In this document: positions 16,001 through 29,400 of the stretch, piece after piece | Layout of the letters: every line of letters begins with the position of its first letter | Position numbering within the stretch: the first letter of the stretch is position 1 | Notes under the pieces: generated by a model | What the model was told of the DNA's origin: nothing | The model's input: only the letters and a program-made list of their open reading frames with translations | Databases searched by the model: none | Position numbers and translations under genes: made by a program | DNA from: Bugula neritina | Lineage: Eukaryota > Animalia > Bryozoa | Direction: 5' to 3' | Length of the DNA stretch: 64,000 bases | NCBI GenBank assembly: GCA_964035545.1 | Contig: OZ037767.1 | Location: forward strand, 16,548,581-16,612,580

Positions 16001-17602
16001 TCTAGTAAGACGCGCTTGAACTGCGGACTTTACCCCTTCGCTGTCTTTTCCATAAGATTGCTCTAAATTATCGACAGCAGCGGTGAGTGGTTGTAATTTA
16101 CCTGCGCCTAAACACTGAGCAAGCACGGCAAAACACTCCAGACTAGCGTGACGCACGTTGCGCTTGCTGTCTAAGAGGCAGTACGCCATGCTGGAGCACA
16201 ACGACGGCAAGTCAAACTCATAGGAAGGGAACGTGAGCAGAGCGTTGATGATACAGTTTATAGCCTCAGAACGAACTCTCGGGCTTCTATGGGAGAGGTT
16301 ATCACAAAGCATCAGCAGAACTAACTTTGGCCCTAGGATCTGCATCAACTGTGTGATGACTTTAGTTATTGCTTGTCTAACAAGGTTTTTATTGTCTCCC
16401 ATGCGTTTAGTTAATGTTTGTAGCACTGGTTTCAGATGTGGACGGATTTCCTGTGATGTTTTCTCCACCAATATGCCAATGATGTCTAGAGTGATAGTTA
16501 TGATCCTAAAATTATTGTCCTCGAGCAAAGTGTTGAGCATGGCGAGAAACTCTTTAATGTGAGGTAATAAAGGGTTGATAGAGTGAAGGTTTTCTAAAAT
16601 CAATTTGAGTTGTTCGATTGCTTGACCTCTATTCCTAAAGTTATCATCAGACAGTTGGTTCATTACTAAAGGAGGCACAACGCCGTAGTAGAGCTCAGAG
16701 ACTGAGGGTGACTGAGAGTTTGCTATTTGATGATTGCCATTATACGGGGGCTGGACTGAGCCGCCCGACTGTGGAGAGTCAAAGTGAAAATCGGCTATAT
16801 TGCAGTAGTATTCCCTCAGTTGGGGCTGTAGCTTCAACAAGTATGACTTAAACTTAGCGTCGCCGATGCACACACGAACTTTGTTCAGGGTGCTGAGAGC
16901 GAGGCTCTGCACGTGCTCATCCTCGTCTCGATCAACCAGCTTTTTACACAAACTCGCTATTATATCCGTGAAGTCCTCCGACGCAAAGTCTGAAGTGATC
17001 AGCATGGGAAGGGCTACCGTCGACTCCTTTCTAACTTTAGGGTCGACATTTTGAAAGCCGTACTCTATGTAATACCTCATGAGTAAGGGCATGTCATTGG
17101 TGTGTTTCATGTAAGTGTGTAGGGTTTGTATGACGCCGCGTCGTATCACAATTCTCCCGTCACCTATATTGAAGATGAGACGAGGCAGTATCAAACTCAT
17201 GCAGGCATCCACGTCACTTCGTAAATGAGGAATATAGTCCGAGATCAATGTGATGCATTGTCTTCTAACATCCCAGTTTGTGTCTGAGAGGGCATGATCT
17301 AAGGCTTGAAATAAGCCAATAGTGTTGGAGAAAGGCAGTCGTTGGTGCACACGCACTGCAGCTCTTAGTCGTTCTATAACCTCCACTCTGCCATGAAAAC
17401 CATCTTCAGTCAGTTGTCTGATGACTTCTCTCTCATCAAATGTTTCAACTTCATTCATCACAACATTGAAATCACGCATCATGCTGGATTCAGAGGACCG
17501 AGTTGCATAAGTTGAGTATGACTCTACAGCTGTCCCTGAAACAGAGTCATCAGGTGATGTACAAGACTGACCATTTAAGTTGAACTCAACTAAACAGACC
17601 AT
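1093..17602 (-). CDS. TOGARAM1: TOG array regulator of axonemal microtubules (Crescerin/FAM179B/CHE-12)-like, ~1664 aa. Coding exons: 15964-17602, 15583-15812, 14790-14910, 13810-13870, 13139-13269, 11936-12093, 10515-10636, 9816-9982, 8949-9140, 8574-8675, 8045-8196, 7136-7288, 6849-6972, 6582-6762, 6234-6426, 5999-6147, 5530-5688, 5118-5360, 2228-2393, 1815-2034, 1513-1599, 1093-1337
   Basis: All junctions are GT-AG and phase-consistent, giving a 4995-nt open frame. First exon has HEAT-repeat TOG1/TOG2 (DTNWDVRRQCI; LLEDNNFRII...RMGDNK...SPRVRSEAINCIINALLTFPSYEFDL). Then a Ser/Pro-rich linker with VIGKGVF, TOG3 (LRPFTKPS...DSDW...VQNLRSQVAR) and TOG4 (SSTQWSER...KDSNSKV). Linker exons are the least certain. 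Confidence 0.9.
1628..1786. repeat. Intronic 22-bp tandem repeat (gtgtcagctatacgctgtcaaga-like)
   Basis: About 5 near-perfect copies plus degenerate ones, inside the 1600-1814 intron. Confidence 0.9.
2402..5092. repeat. ~2.7-kb intronic minisatellite, 18-bp unit (agtgtatagtgtagaggat and variants)
   Basis: Fills almost all of intron 2394-5117; variant units recur in higher-order blocks. Confidence 0.97.
5715..5990. repeat. Intronic ~36-bp tandem repeat (gtaagtactgaagtggtatactgtatatacacagt)
   Basis: About 7-8 copies between exons 5530-5688 and 5999-6147. Confidence 0.92.
7345..8044. repeat. Intronic 16-bp minisatellite (actaactacactacat)
   Basis: About 43 copies; on the - strand the array starts exactly at the GTATGT donor of exon 8045-8196. 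Confidence 0.95.
9160..9635. repeat. Intronic 16-18-bp minisatellite (gagagtcacatgacacagt)
   Basis: Tandem copies seen directly. Confidence 0.92.
10090..10532. repeat. 20/30-bp tandem repeat built from the exon end plus 5' splice site
   Basis: On the - strand the units read catcttccatatcagg|gtaagtacttc; the first copy is the inferred functional donor at 10514. Confidence 0.9.
13898..14620. repeat. Intronic 40-bp minisatellite (gtgagttactagtactgtagttgatactagctgtaagtattaata-like)
   Basis: About 17-18 near-identical copies. Confidence 0.95.
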
Positions 17603-18149
17603 GAGTATAGAAAGGCAATGTTACAACTCAGACTGAGCTGAAAGATGATGACACTCATCTATCAGTACTACGAGCATTTCTATTAGTATAAGTATTAGTA
17701 TTACCATTAGCATGTCTATTACTATTACTACTATTACTATTAGTATTAGTAATCTGTTAGATTTATTATTCGGATCAATTTAAATTATAAGTAATTAATT
17801 ACCCTTAGGCTTAGTCCTACCAACTCTTACATCAGGTTAACAGTAAAAATTACAATGACACTCAAACTCTGATTCAGTTTCACTTTTAGCCTTACACTTA
17901 CAGTTCGAGTTACTGTTTGTCACTTAGCGTTAGTGTTACACTCCGACTCTAGCACTCTCACACTCACTGTGAGTGCGACTCAGAATCGGAATGCTACTTG
18001 AAAGTTGTTACTCAGTTACTGTTAGTGCTAGCAGTCAAGTTTTAGTTATTGTTATCAACAATGTTATTAACAATGACAATGTGAATGTTGAACGTAAGGT
18101 TTTACAATCTTAATTTAGTTTTACGATAACGAAATTTATGCACAGGTCA

Positions 18150-18680
18150 ACTTACTCATTGTCAGAATTTTCTAATCATGCTCCAATATCTTAGACAACT
18201 GACAATAAAAATGCTTTCAGAATTGCACATGGTGTTAGAATATAATCAGTAATATTGCAAAATCGTGGTATTCCATAGTTAAGTGCACTGCAGAGCGTCA
18301 ATATGGCTGCCTCACTACCACAGGTCACGTGTGTTATACGTTTGTTGCGGGTAACGTGAAAGGATTTTCTATATGATAAAAAGTAATCACATAGTTTGCC
18401 ACAATGATCGTACTTAGCCAATCTAATCTCGTTTAGTACAAAGTAAAACTGATTAGCGAATCAAAATGTGTATTACAAATATCCAATAAAAACAATTTTT
18501 CAGCGCAGGCGGGATATTCTATCAACTATTACTATAACTATAAGTATAAGTTTGCTTAGGATATTAACTTACAGACACAGTAGCATTAGCTGCAATGGTT
18601 AATATTTATAGTTGAATTGATTCATTCTTAAAGCTTTGTAACTGTAAGTTTGGAGTGGGTTCTCTGATTGCAGGTGAGTG
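18150..18680. promoter_or_regulatory. Putative bidirectional promoter of the TOGARAM1-like and KNL1-like genes
   Basis: Candidate non-coding first-exon donors on both strands (- at 18155; + CAG|GTGAGT at 18673/18674). Motifs: E-box GGTCACGTG 18323-18331, X-box-like GTTGCGGGTAAC 18344-18355, CCAAT boxes near 18418 and 18483, E2F-like GGCGGGA 18508-18514. Confidence 0.5.
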
Positions 18681-20411
18681 ATGGCCACACTGACACTGTT
18701 TTTGCTTTTCAAAATCAATATTTATATTCAATATCAATATGAATATTCATATTGATGTTGAACTAAATATTAATAGTAATACTAAAATAGTAAATAGTAA
18801 ATACTAATAGTAATAGTAATACTAATAGTAATTGAAGTCGATTAATCAAGTTCAATATCAAGTTCAATATCAATTATAATGACTAAGTCTAAAAGTAAAT
18901 AGTAAGACTAAGCAGTAACTGTAAGTGTAACTGTAATGAGTATGACTATGAGACTGAGTACAAGTATAAATTAAAATATAATTAATATTATAAGTATCAG
19001 TTAATCATAATGTTATACTTATAGTTATAGTTATACACGTTAGTCGTTAGAGTTAAACTTATCACTATAACTTAATTTTATATTCATATTATTATTAATA
19101 ATTATAATATTATTATTCATATTCATATCGATATTTATATTCCATTTAATATTCAGATTAATTTTGTAATTCCCATTGTTAAACCTAATCATAATGTTAT
19201 ACTTAAACTTCTACTTTACTTATAATCTGAACTTGAAGGTCGTTAGTTCGATTTTCAGTGTTGAACTTGTCGAGGACTTGATATAATTATATCACTATGT
19301 CTGTTATATGTAGATTGTTAAACTTTAAGTTTATACTTATAGACTTAGACCTCTGCAAACATACAATGTTTCCACTGTAGTGCGTTAGTGTGAATGCAAA
19401 ACTTGTACTTGCTTTATTGTAGCAAAAAGTTAAGTATACTAATGGTTGTAGAAAAGCATAAGATTAAGAATAGCTTGCTGGGTAAGCTTGCTGGAAAAGT
19501 TTATCAATAGTATACAGCAAGTAGTTATTGACTTTGAGTTAAGCTAAATGTAAAACTTACTAATAATTTAAATTATTATAGAATTGATATGAAAATGAAA
19601 TTAAATAGAATAATTATAAAAATAATAAGTATAATATAAATAATAAATATATTTATTCTTAATGTTTTAGTTTTAAAATTAATTTACTTGAATTTAATTT
19701 TCAAGCTTATATAATAAATATCTTTATGAGTGTCTTTATCTTATAGTTATTAATAAAATTACAGACTTTAAGTTATAAGTTGATAAATGATCTTACTAAT
19801 CATAATCATGATATAATTGCATGTAATATTATATCAATATGCTTATACCTAAAGTTTTAATATAGTAATTGTTCAGTTGTATACTTCTGTTATCGTATGT
19901 ACTCATGCTATAAGCAGTGTATATGAATCATGAGTGAGGAGTGATGGTAGACAATAAATAGCAGGTGCTGTATGGTGAATAGTTTAAACAAATAACTTTT
20001 GATTGCTATTACTTTATTATAACTCATAGCATAGGTATAACTATAAGATTTAGCAACTATAATATTAATTATACTGCTAAGACTTGTACGTAGTGTTGAA
20101 CCTGTACTGGTAGCTGTGAGCATAAGTATTACTATAAAGTACAGCACTCAAATTGAAATTAAATGATATTGATATAAACCTTGCTTAAGGCTCTACACTC
20201 ACACTCAACTACAACCACAATAAATTGTTCAAATTATTGTAATTTACAAATTGTAATAGTATTTGGTGTCTCTATCACATAATAGAAATAAGATAAGCTA
20301 AGCATAATACGTTACTAATAGAATTTTCTTATTTTTTCTAATATGTTATCTTATACCAAAACGTGACATCTTTTTTGATGCTCTTTTATTTTTAGACCAC
20401 ATCCTGTTAAG

Positions 20412-23400
20412 ATGGTCGGGAGTCCAGGCAGGCGCCGTTCTCGCCGGCGATCAGCGGTAAAATCTACATCCATCTCTTTGAAAATATGAACTTTGACTTG
20501 ATATTTGCTGCATGATTGTGTGTGTAAGCTTGTCATCCTAGGTAGACTGATTACCTCAGCTTATGCTATGCTGTACTTCTCATTGATGTTCCCGTTTTAT
20601 TATTGTAGCTAAAGGTTCCAGATGCAGAGGTTGTGGAAGGAATGGTAAGGACAAGTATATACTTTCCCATCAAATAGTAAAGATATGTAATATATGTAAT
20701 CTAATAAACCATTAATCCATTTATATCAGACCTAGAAAGGTTTTTTTTTTCAAATATGTGGTACAGATACAATTATTGGATGGTCTTTCTAACATCACCA
20801 ATGGCCTTTACTGGGGTTTGAACTCATGACTTTGTGTTTACTAGGCCAAACGCTGTAACCCCTAAATCTACTGTATGATTAAATAGATAAATAAATTCAT
20901 TTAATAAGCCAAACTTTCTAACCCCTAGACCACAGCTGCTCCTTCGGTAGTTTCCATGAAGGGAGGTTGTAAAAGAAACTATATTAATAGTAGCAATGCA
21001 GAAGAGTTTTATTAAAATTGTTCTGCAAGTTTTTAACAATCATTCTACAGGTTTTATCAAGCTTTAGGAATCAAAAGGTATGCAATGTTTTAGTTCTTTG
21101 AATAATTTTTAGTTAAATCCTTGATTTTTGATATGTAATTTTCATCACCCAATTTACATTGGTTTTATTACATTGCTCTCTATAATATTGTATAGCCTTG
21201 TTTTACTCTTCATTGTGCTGTATTACATTTAACGACATTATGTAACACTACACTATGGTGTATTGCATTCAATAATATTATGGTGTATTGCAGGGTAAAA
21301 AGAGAGTTTCATTTTCCAGGAATTTGGCTGAAGTTCGAAATTTCCGGAACAATCTCTCTGGGAGTGACATGGTAATAAAATTAAGTGTAGAAGTCGGGTT
21401 TTAGGCAGGGAGGGAGCATTGTGCATAGCCTCAGAGTATAAGTGGCAGTGTGCATAGCCTAAGTTTCTACGTATGATATGTGGTGTTTTATACAGACTGA
21501 TCATAGTCAGCATCTAATTGGTTTATATTCTCTACATGCACAGAACTTATTCATTTTTCCTCTGAAGCTATGAGTTGAGAAAATAACCTCAAAGAGTGTA
21601 ATTTCTCAAATATACTAGCTGCTACTCGTGTAGTTATCATATTAGATATAATGTGATAGACATGTAGATATCATTGTTGGTGTTTAGATGAATCACGACT
21701 CTGTGTTACAAGAGTTCATGACAAATGACCAGACAGGTGCTGCCGCCAATCGATCAGGTGCTGCCAATCCTATTTACCCAGGTGAGCCGTCTACTGCCTC
21801 TCAACACGGTGTGTATACGAAGTGGGCTGCCTTTTCCTGCTGACTTTGTGGTCAGCAACAAGGCGCCTGTCTGTGAGTGTCAGGTTGGTCGTCTAAATCA
21901 TCTCGAGGTGGGGAGCTAGGGAGAAGTGGTCACATTATTCTTCACACACTAAATTATTCATTGTTTTTTAGTCCTAATTGCTAATATATCAAGTCTTTTG
22001 CTTAAAACTAACGAAATTTTAGCGAGTCAATAAATATTCTTCAATTTTCATATCTTTTTTTCAAATTTGAATAACCTAATTATAAAAAGTACTGGTCAGC
22101 ATAAGTTTGTGAACTTAATTTTACAATCTACACACAGTGCAGCATTCAATCTTTCAAATGCGAGACCAACTATGATAATGATGGTGCACCTAGTGTTGCG
22201 GGAATGTCTCTTGACATATTTAAAATCGGTATATAGGACTACCACTAAAACAAAGTGAATTCCACAGCTTGGAAAGCAGCAGCTTGGTAATCTATTTTCT
22301 CTGCTGCAGATGACCACACTATTGCGTTCTGTTCGGAGTTCGACGGGAACAGCATCAATCTCGCTGACAACAACACATTCATGTTTGCCAAGAACCTGGG
22401 CTCCTGCAGTACCCCTTCCAGGGAAGCCGACTCCAAGTCTCGCGTCAGTTGAATACTTTCTTACTTGTCGTGTGTGTGTGTGGATATATACTATGTGTCT
22501 TATTTCAGTTGTTAGTGTGAGTTTTATACGCTGTGTGCTCTTTGTTGTAGAGACGTGTTAGCAGGCAACTGCAACCTTCTGGTGAGTAGTATAGCACAAT
22601 TCACTGTATTACACAACGCTGTATAACACTACACTGTATAACACTACACTGTATAACACACTACACTGTAACCTTAGCAACGTCTGCTACAATATCTAAT
22701 AGGTGAAGGTCAACCTGCGGCAGAGGAAACCCTTTGTGACATGGAGACTACACGAGGTGAAGGTCACCACATGACTGAGTGTCACGCTATGGATGTGACC
22801 AAACTGAGACACACGGCTAAAGGCGCCAACCGGAGTTCTGTGATGAGTGTGACTCGGGTTGCTAGGCAACCAAAGAGCTACCAGAGTTCAGCTTTAGTAG
22901 AAGATTCCAGTGACTCCTGCATCATGAGTGTGAGTAGTAGAGAGTTGGTAGAGAGATTGTAGACTGTTAGTAGAGAGATTATAGACTGTTAGTAGAGAGT
23001 TAATAGACTGTTGGTAGAAAGCTTATGGTCACTGCTACTATTGCAGGTTGATGGCTGGGAGGGGAAAGGGGCGGAGGAAAGTGCTGCAGAAATTGGTAGG
23101 CGGGACCCAACCCACCACCAATCCCTCTCCCTCATGGCTCTGGAGAGTAGTATGAGGCCACGCCCATCTCCTCTGAAACCACACCCATCTTCTTTAAAGC
23201 CACACCCATCTCCTCTGAAACCACACCCATCTTCTCAGAAGTCACGCCCATCTGCTTCCCTAAAGCCGCACCCATCTTCTTCTCTGCAACCACACCCATC
23301 TGGTTCTCTGAAACCACATCTCTCTGCTTCTCCTCATGCAGCTTTAGATGTACTCAACGAGATGGAAATGTCATTGAGCACGTCTAACCCAGTTGCAGAC

Positions 23401-25466
23401 GAGCACACTGAGCTCTCCAGGAGGGGCTCCTCATTGACCTCTAGAGCTCTCGTAGTCTCAGACGAAGAGTCTAGCGTATCAGCTGAGGATCTCCAGGATG
23501 CCGAGAGGAAAATTGGCGAGCTGAGCCAAGGTGAGTGTGACTACTCAGTATTTGATTGACTGAGATCCTGAGTGCTTAGTATTGTTTGAGGGGCATTGAG
23601 TATGTGAGTAAAGGAGTGTGCCCTGTATGTTTGGTAGAACTGGTGAGGTTACAGAGGCTACAAGATCTTAAGAGTCTGATACAAAAACAGAAGGCAAAAC
23701 TCAAAACTCTGAAGAAAAGAAAGAATGAAGCGCACAGGTAATGGAGGTGGCAGTTATTCTTCTCTTTTGCGTTCTTTCACACTCTATGTCACATGCTGTC
23801 ACGCTATGTCACGCATACTGTTGCACATTATGTCATGTTATGTAACTTACCACTCATGCTGGAATTTCTTTCGCCCATGTCAGGAAGTTTGAAGAGGTCA
23901 GGGGTGAGATGGACAAATGTTCAGCTGAGATAAAGACTTCCGCTAACAGTCAAAGAAATCGCCAGGATCTGCTGCAGAAAATCTCCGTAATGCAGCAGTG
24001 AGTGTTGATATGTATTCACTGTGTGTGTACTGTGTAGCATATCTGTATTCACTGTGTATACTGTGTAGTATTCACTGTGTATACTGTGTAGTGTATCTCT
24101 ATTCACTGTGTGTGTACTGTGTAGTATATCTGTATTCACTGTGTATACTGTGTAGTATTCACTGTGTATACTGTGTAGTATATCTCTATTCACTGTGTGT
24201 ACTGTGTAGTGTATCTCTATTCACTGTGTATAGTGTGTAGTATATCTCTATTCACTGTGTGTATACTGTGTAGTATTCACTGTGTGTAGATGTGTGCCGT
24301 GGTCTTGGTGTCCTGACGACAATGATATAAACAGTCACATATTCAAGTACTCTGTTGGTACGGAGGCTCCTATTGGTCAGTTACAATTAGAGATCACTCT
24401 CACCTCGTTACAGGAAATGACTGTTGAACACGCCTCGGCCAGTAAGTGTAGATCCTGTCTGTAGTATATACAGTGTGCTATAATATTACATGTATGTGTG
24501 TAGATGTAGCACGTTATAGTAATATAACATGCGAGTGTGTTGTAGTACAGTTGTGTAACGTATGTAGTGGTCTATTCACAGAGTTGGTCAACGTTACACG
24601 TACGGATTCCCTGCACCACCACACCCTTCTACAGACCCGGCAGTTGGCTAGTGATGTATGTGTTGGAGAGGGAGATAACTCCCACATCTCCTCTCTTCTC
24701 TATAAAGTTGCTGATCTGGTTGATAAGACAAACGAGTTCCTCGTCGAGGCGGAGAATATCGTCTTTACAACTCACGGCTCATTCTACCACCAGCCTGATG
24801 AGTACGTACATCGTATGTGGTAATAAATGTCACTGTGTGTCACATGCTACTCCTGTCACTGTGTGTCACATGCTACTCCTGTCACTGTGTGTCACATGCT
24901 ACTCCTGTCACTGTGTGTCACATGCTACTCATGTCACTGTGTGTCACATGCTACTCCTGTCACTCTATGTCACATGCTACTCCTGTCACTGTGTGTCACA
25001 TGTATCTCTACTGCATACAGAATCAAGTTCAGAATACAGAAAGGCTGTGACTGGGCGTGCTATTACAATGTCAGAGGATTTGGCCTGAAGACCTACCCGA
25101 AAGACAGGCTGAGTTTTACATACGAAGTAGACAAGGGAGTTGTCCCCACGAGGTCCGTGTTTTGACTGTCAAATGAGATTTCCTGTTGGAACATCTTCTA
25201 ATAATAACATATTAGTTATTATATTATACTATATATTTATGATATACTATATATTTATTTTACGCTATATATTTATTATATTCTATATAATTATTATATA
25301 TTTATTATAGAATAGTTACTATATATTATATATTTATTATATACTGTATATTTATTCTTTCAGAATGGAAGAGTTGTGTGAACAGCTGAATCGACTGTCA
25401 ACAGGGGGCAGGTACTTCACTCGCTGTTTCCTGTTGATTCACCGAGTCAGGAATGACGAGGAATGA
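20412..25466 (+). CDS. KNL1: Kinetochore scaffold KNL1/CASC5/Spc105-like, compact (~649 aa). Coding exons: 20412-20456, 20609-20644, 21294-21371, 21688-21781, 22310-22443, 22551-22581, 22703-22929, 23047-23530, 23638-23737, 23884-23997, 24290-24441, 24582-24801, 25021-25152, 25364-25466
   Basis: Phase-consistent GT-AG model of 1950 nt. N-terminus has RRRSRRRSALKVP (SILK-like) then GKKRVSFSRNLAEVRNF (RVSF PP1 motif). MELT-like CDMETT, AMDVTK, EMEMS; a coiled coil; C-terminus KTYPKDRL...DKGVV...STGGRYFTRC resembling the KNL1 RWD end. Confidence 0.75.
24005..24285. repeat. Intronic tandem repeat (tattcactgtgtatactgtgtag variants)
   Basis: Fills intron 23998-24289. Confidence 0.88.
24828..25003. 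repeat. Intronic 26-bp-class tandem repeat (gtcactgtgtgtcacatgctactcct)
   Basis: About 7 copies; the same repeat recurs at ~50393-50520. Confidence 0.9.
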
Positions 25467-26414
25467 GTTGGGATTAGAGTGTCATTAGATGATATAGAAA
25501 CTATTTAATAGATAGGACAACACAATACACAGCTCCTCAGTATTCTCAACATTTACTTGTCTTACATTCTATATACTCATCTGTTACTTTCAGCTGCTTG
25601 TATTTTATTATTTTTGTTACATATAATACCATCGGTTGATTAATAGAATTCATAAGTTATGTTTTTACTGCATCATTTTATAATAAAGTTGTTTCAGTTA
25701 GAAACAAGAAATCTTTCTGAGCTTTTATTATATTCCAGTATAAGACCGCTAAATGTGTTTAAAGTGACCATTTCCCATATAAGGATAACTCTCAATGCAG
25801 CTGAAAACTGTGTACATACTATTAGGAGTTGTCACCTTTATACTGTTTCTTATGGGCATGTGTGTGGCTGTATTTTAATATAATATCATATATGCTTTTA
25901 AATTTTACAATCAAGTATATAATATTATAGTTTAATATAATTAATTTGATATATTTTCTTGCAATAATATAGCATAAGATATTAGAACAGGGCAAGGCAT
26001 AGTATGTGTATATTGAAGAAGTATATAATATTATATGATATTATATGATATATGATGTATAGAATAATAACAAATCATATTATAGGTAGCAGATATATAA
26101 AATATAATATGCAGCAATTTTTAAAAAGTATAAAATTTACAATTCTATTGCAACAGCATCTACTATGAGTTATTATAGCAGCGTTTCTACTTCTATATTG
26201 TATCAGCAGAGACTGTATGACTGCTTTATACATCACAAGTTATGTGTCATCACTGAACTCAATACATCACAAGCTGTGTCATCAGTGAAATAAAACCTGA
26301 GTTGTAAGGCATTCTTGGAATATAGTTTAAAGGTTTCTATTATATTGTAAACATAATTTTGTATATAGTTAGTATAGAAGTTTAGACAACATTCTTCATC
26401 TCATTTCCTCTCTG

Positions 26415-29400
26415 TTAACTTGACTGTTGTATAGCCATTTGGCAGATGAAGGCATGATTTAACCAGCACCCATAATCATTAACTTTCCTAACTCCATTCA
26501 CTTTCCACAGTCCAACACATTTTTCATCATCTGTGGAAAGAGTACACAAATAGAATAACCTGAATAACACAGTTAGACATGTACAGTAAGTAGTATTAGT
26601 TATGAAGACTTTTGAGACAAGTGCTAGACCAAAGGCTCCCCCAATAAAATCTATACTATCAATATTATGTCATATGATAATAGTAGTATATTATGTAACA
26701 TATTACTTCCATATCTTGGTTCATCAATGTGCCACAAGTAGTCTGGAATAGAACTGCCATCATTCCATCGGTAATTATTTGGAGAGAATTCTTTACCACC
26801 GAGCCATATGTCTTTAGGAAGATCTGTAGGGAGATACTTTGATATCTAGAGCTCATTACCACCATCATAGTATTAGCTTAGAATACAGGTGTAAGGATAC
26901 ATCGTAATTGTAACTGTAATTGTAATTGGCAAGTTTCCATGTAACTTTAATTCATTACATTCGCCAACCCAACTAGGGATACAAGTGTAGGAATATTACG
27001 AGACACATGTTATACTCACCAGAAAAAGCTTCAAGTTTGTTTAAAAACTCTTGACTTTCTTCCCTGGAACTTGGTATAATAGCGAGTTGTCTCCCCTTTT
27101 GCTCGGCACAGAACTCTTTAGCTTCATCCCAGTTTTTTGTTATATTAGTGTGTAGTGTGTAGAAATTCCTTCCCACCACAAACCCTGCAGTGTCTAGAAA
27201 GTAGTGCATGTGTGTATAGTTAGCAAAGCCGTAGTCAGCTGAAAATATTTTACTTACACCGCATAGAATTCCTCTCATCAGCATTATGAACAAGACTACC
27301 AACTATTAGGAAACAAGACTACCAACTATTATAGGAAACAAGACTAGGAAAACACTTACCACCAAAAATTGCTTCTAAAATATCTTGGACTGGACAATCC
27401 TCTCCTAGAATAAACAATATTTGTGAAAACTCCTGACGTTGCAGTACGTATGAAGGGAAGAATGTTTCAATGTCACATCAAGCTGTTTTTAAAACATGAT
27501 TTTGAGTATGGAAATTCCTTAGTTAACCTGGTAAACCAAATGTAAAATTTTTACCTGATGCTCCTTTGAGTCCAGGAACTCCTCTTGCACCTTTAACACC
27601 AGGAGTACCTGCAGCACCTTTGGCACCGGGTCTACCAACACTACCAGAAGCACCTTTTGCACCTTTAGCACCGGGTATGCCATTAAGTCCAGGTGTTCCT
27701 CTCAAACCGGGTCTACCAACACTTCCAGAAGCACCCATAGCACCTGTAGCACCAGGTAATCCTCTATCTCCTTTTCTTCCAGTGACACCCTGAGCTCCTT
27801 TAACACCAGTTAGACCACTAACCCCTCTGTCACCTGCAAGAAAAGTATTTTAAAAAAAGTTACTTTCCTATAAACATCAGTGGTTGGAAATGCTGTGAGG
27901 TGTTCAAAATTTGCAGATAAATATTAGAAAGGCATTTCCTTTCCTACTCAACCATACTGAGGATTGATTTTTGCATTTGAAAGGATGGCAATTGCAGCTT
28001 CGTTTGAAAAGTAATTTAATGCCATGTCACATGTCAAACTAATAATAGTATGTTCTATTATAAGTAATACACTATATTGCACAATATAATATACGATATG
28101 TAATATAACATACTATTTAGTATAATATTTTTTGTAATAATAAATGATTCACACAATGTACATTATTTGTTCACCTTTGACTCCTTGACTACCAGTGCTA
28201 CCAGAATCTCCCTTCAAACCAGTCATTCCTCTTACTCCAGTCTGTCCTTGTATTCCTTTTGATCCCTTCTGACCAATCATTCCTTTGTCTCCCTGAGCTC
28301 CATGTTGACCTGGCTCTCCTTTAGCACCAGTGTTACCAGGTGCTCCATTTCTTCCATTTTCTCCAGGTATTCCTTTATCACCTTTTGATCCTGGTATGCC
28401 GGCTAAGCCAGAAGTACCAGGATATCCTTTATTACCAGCAATGCCATCTTCACCAGGTGGTCCATTTCTTCCAGACAAACCTTTATCACCTTTCAAACCC
28501 TGAACTCCTTTTTCTCCATTGGTTCCATTTCTACCAGGAGCTCCTTTTTCTCCATGATTTCCAGGGATTCCCTTTTCACCTTTTGCTCCAGGCACACCAA
28601 CTTCTCCATTATTACCAGGTTCTCCTTTTCTACCAGTTCTGCCATCAACACCAGGAAGTCCACTTTCTCCTTTATCTCCTGACACTCCTTTCTCTCCCAT
28701 AATGCCGAGTTCTCCTTTCTGCCCAGTCGCACCATCAATACCTGGATGTCCTTCTTTTCCATTAACTCCTTTTTCACCTTTTGGTCCTTGCCTACAAGCT
28801 ATGGAATGGAAAACCATCATGTGACTCCTGAAAAAAGCAACAAGAACATACTAATTTCATGTTAGCGTAATATTGTTATTACATAATAGATATTATATAC
28901 TTTACCTAGAAGTTCAACAATTTGCTCAGGTAAAGGCAGTTCTGTGTCATCATAGCCCAAAGAACTCTCAATCTTCTTGAATGAAGTGTAGAGTAGAGCA
29001 GTGAGGTCCCCTTCTTCTGTTTTATATTTGTTTCTATTGGCTGAACTACCCCTCTCTGCTGCACTAGCAGGTTCAGATGTACTAGTTCGTTCTGATGTAG
29101 TGGAGCCAAAGTTATTGCCTGGAGTTATCCACTCATTGCTCTCTCTATTTTCATAAAACAGCACCTGCAAGCAATGGAATAGATAACTCTGTATAATTGC
29201 AATTTCAGGTGAGTAAAGAATATATTATTTATCATTACTGCGTTTCATAATATGCTACATCTCACTTCTCCACCAATCAGAAATGGAGATTCACCACTCC
29301 CTGAGTCAGTACTTTCACTCTCAGTCGAGGTGTTAGTCACAATAAACACAGAGCTTGTAGTTACTTCTGGTCTCTCTACTCTCACTTCACTTTTATTCTC

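Noticed and set aside
27566-28777. Pro-rich or Leu/His-rich ORFs overlapping collagen exons (also 47329-48161, 62310-63502)
   Set aside because: Antisense or off-frame shadows of Gly-X-Y codon periodicity
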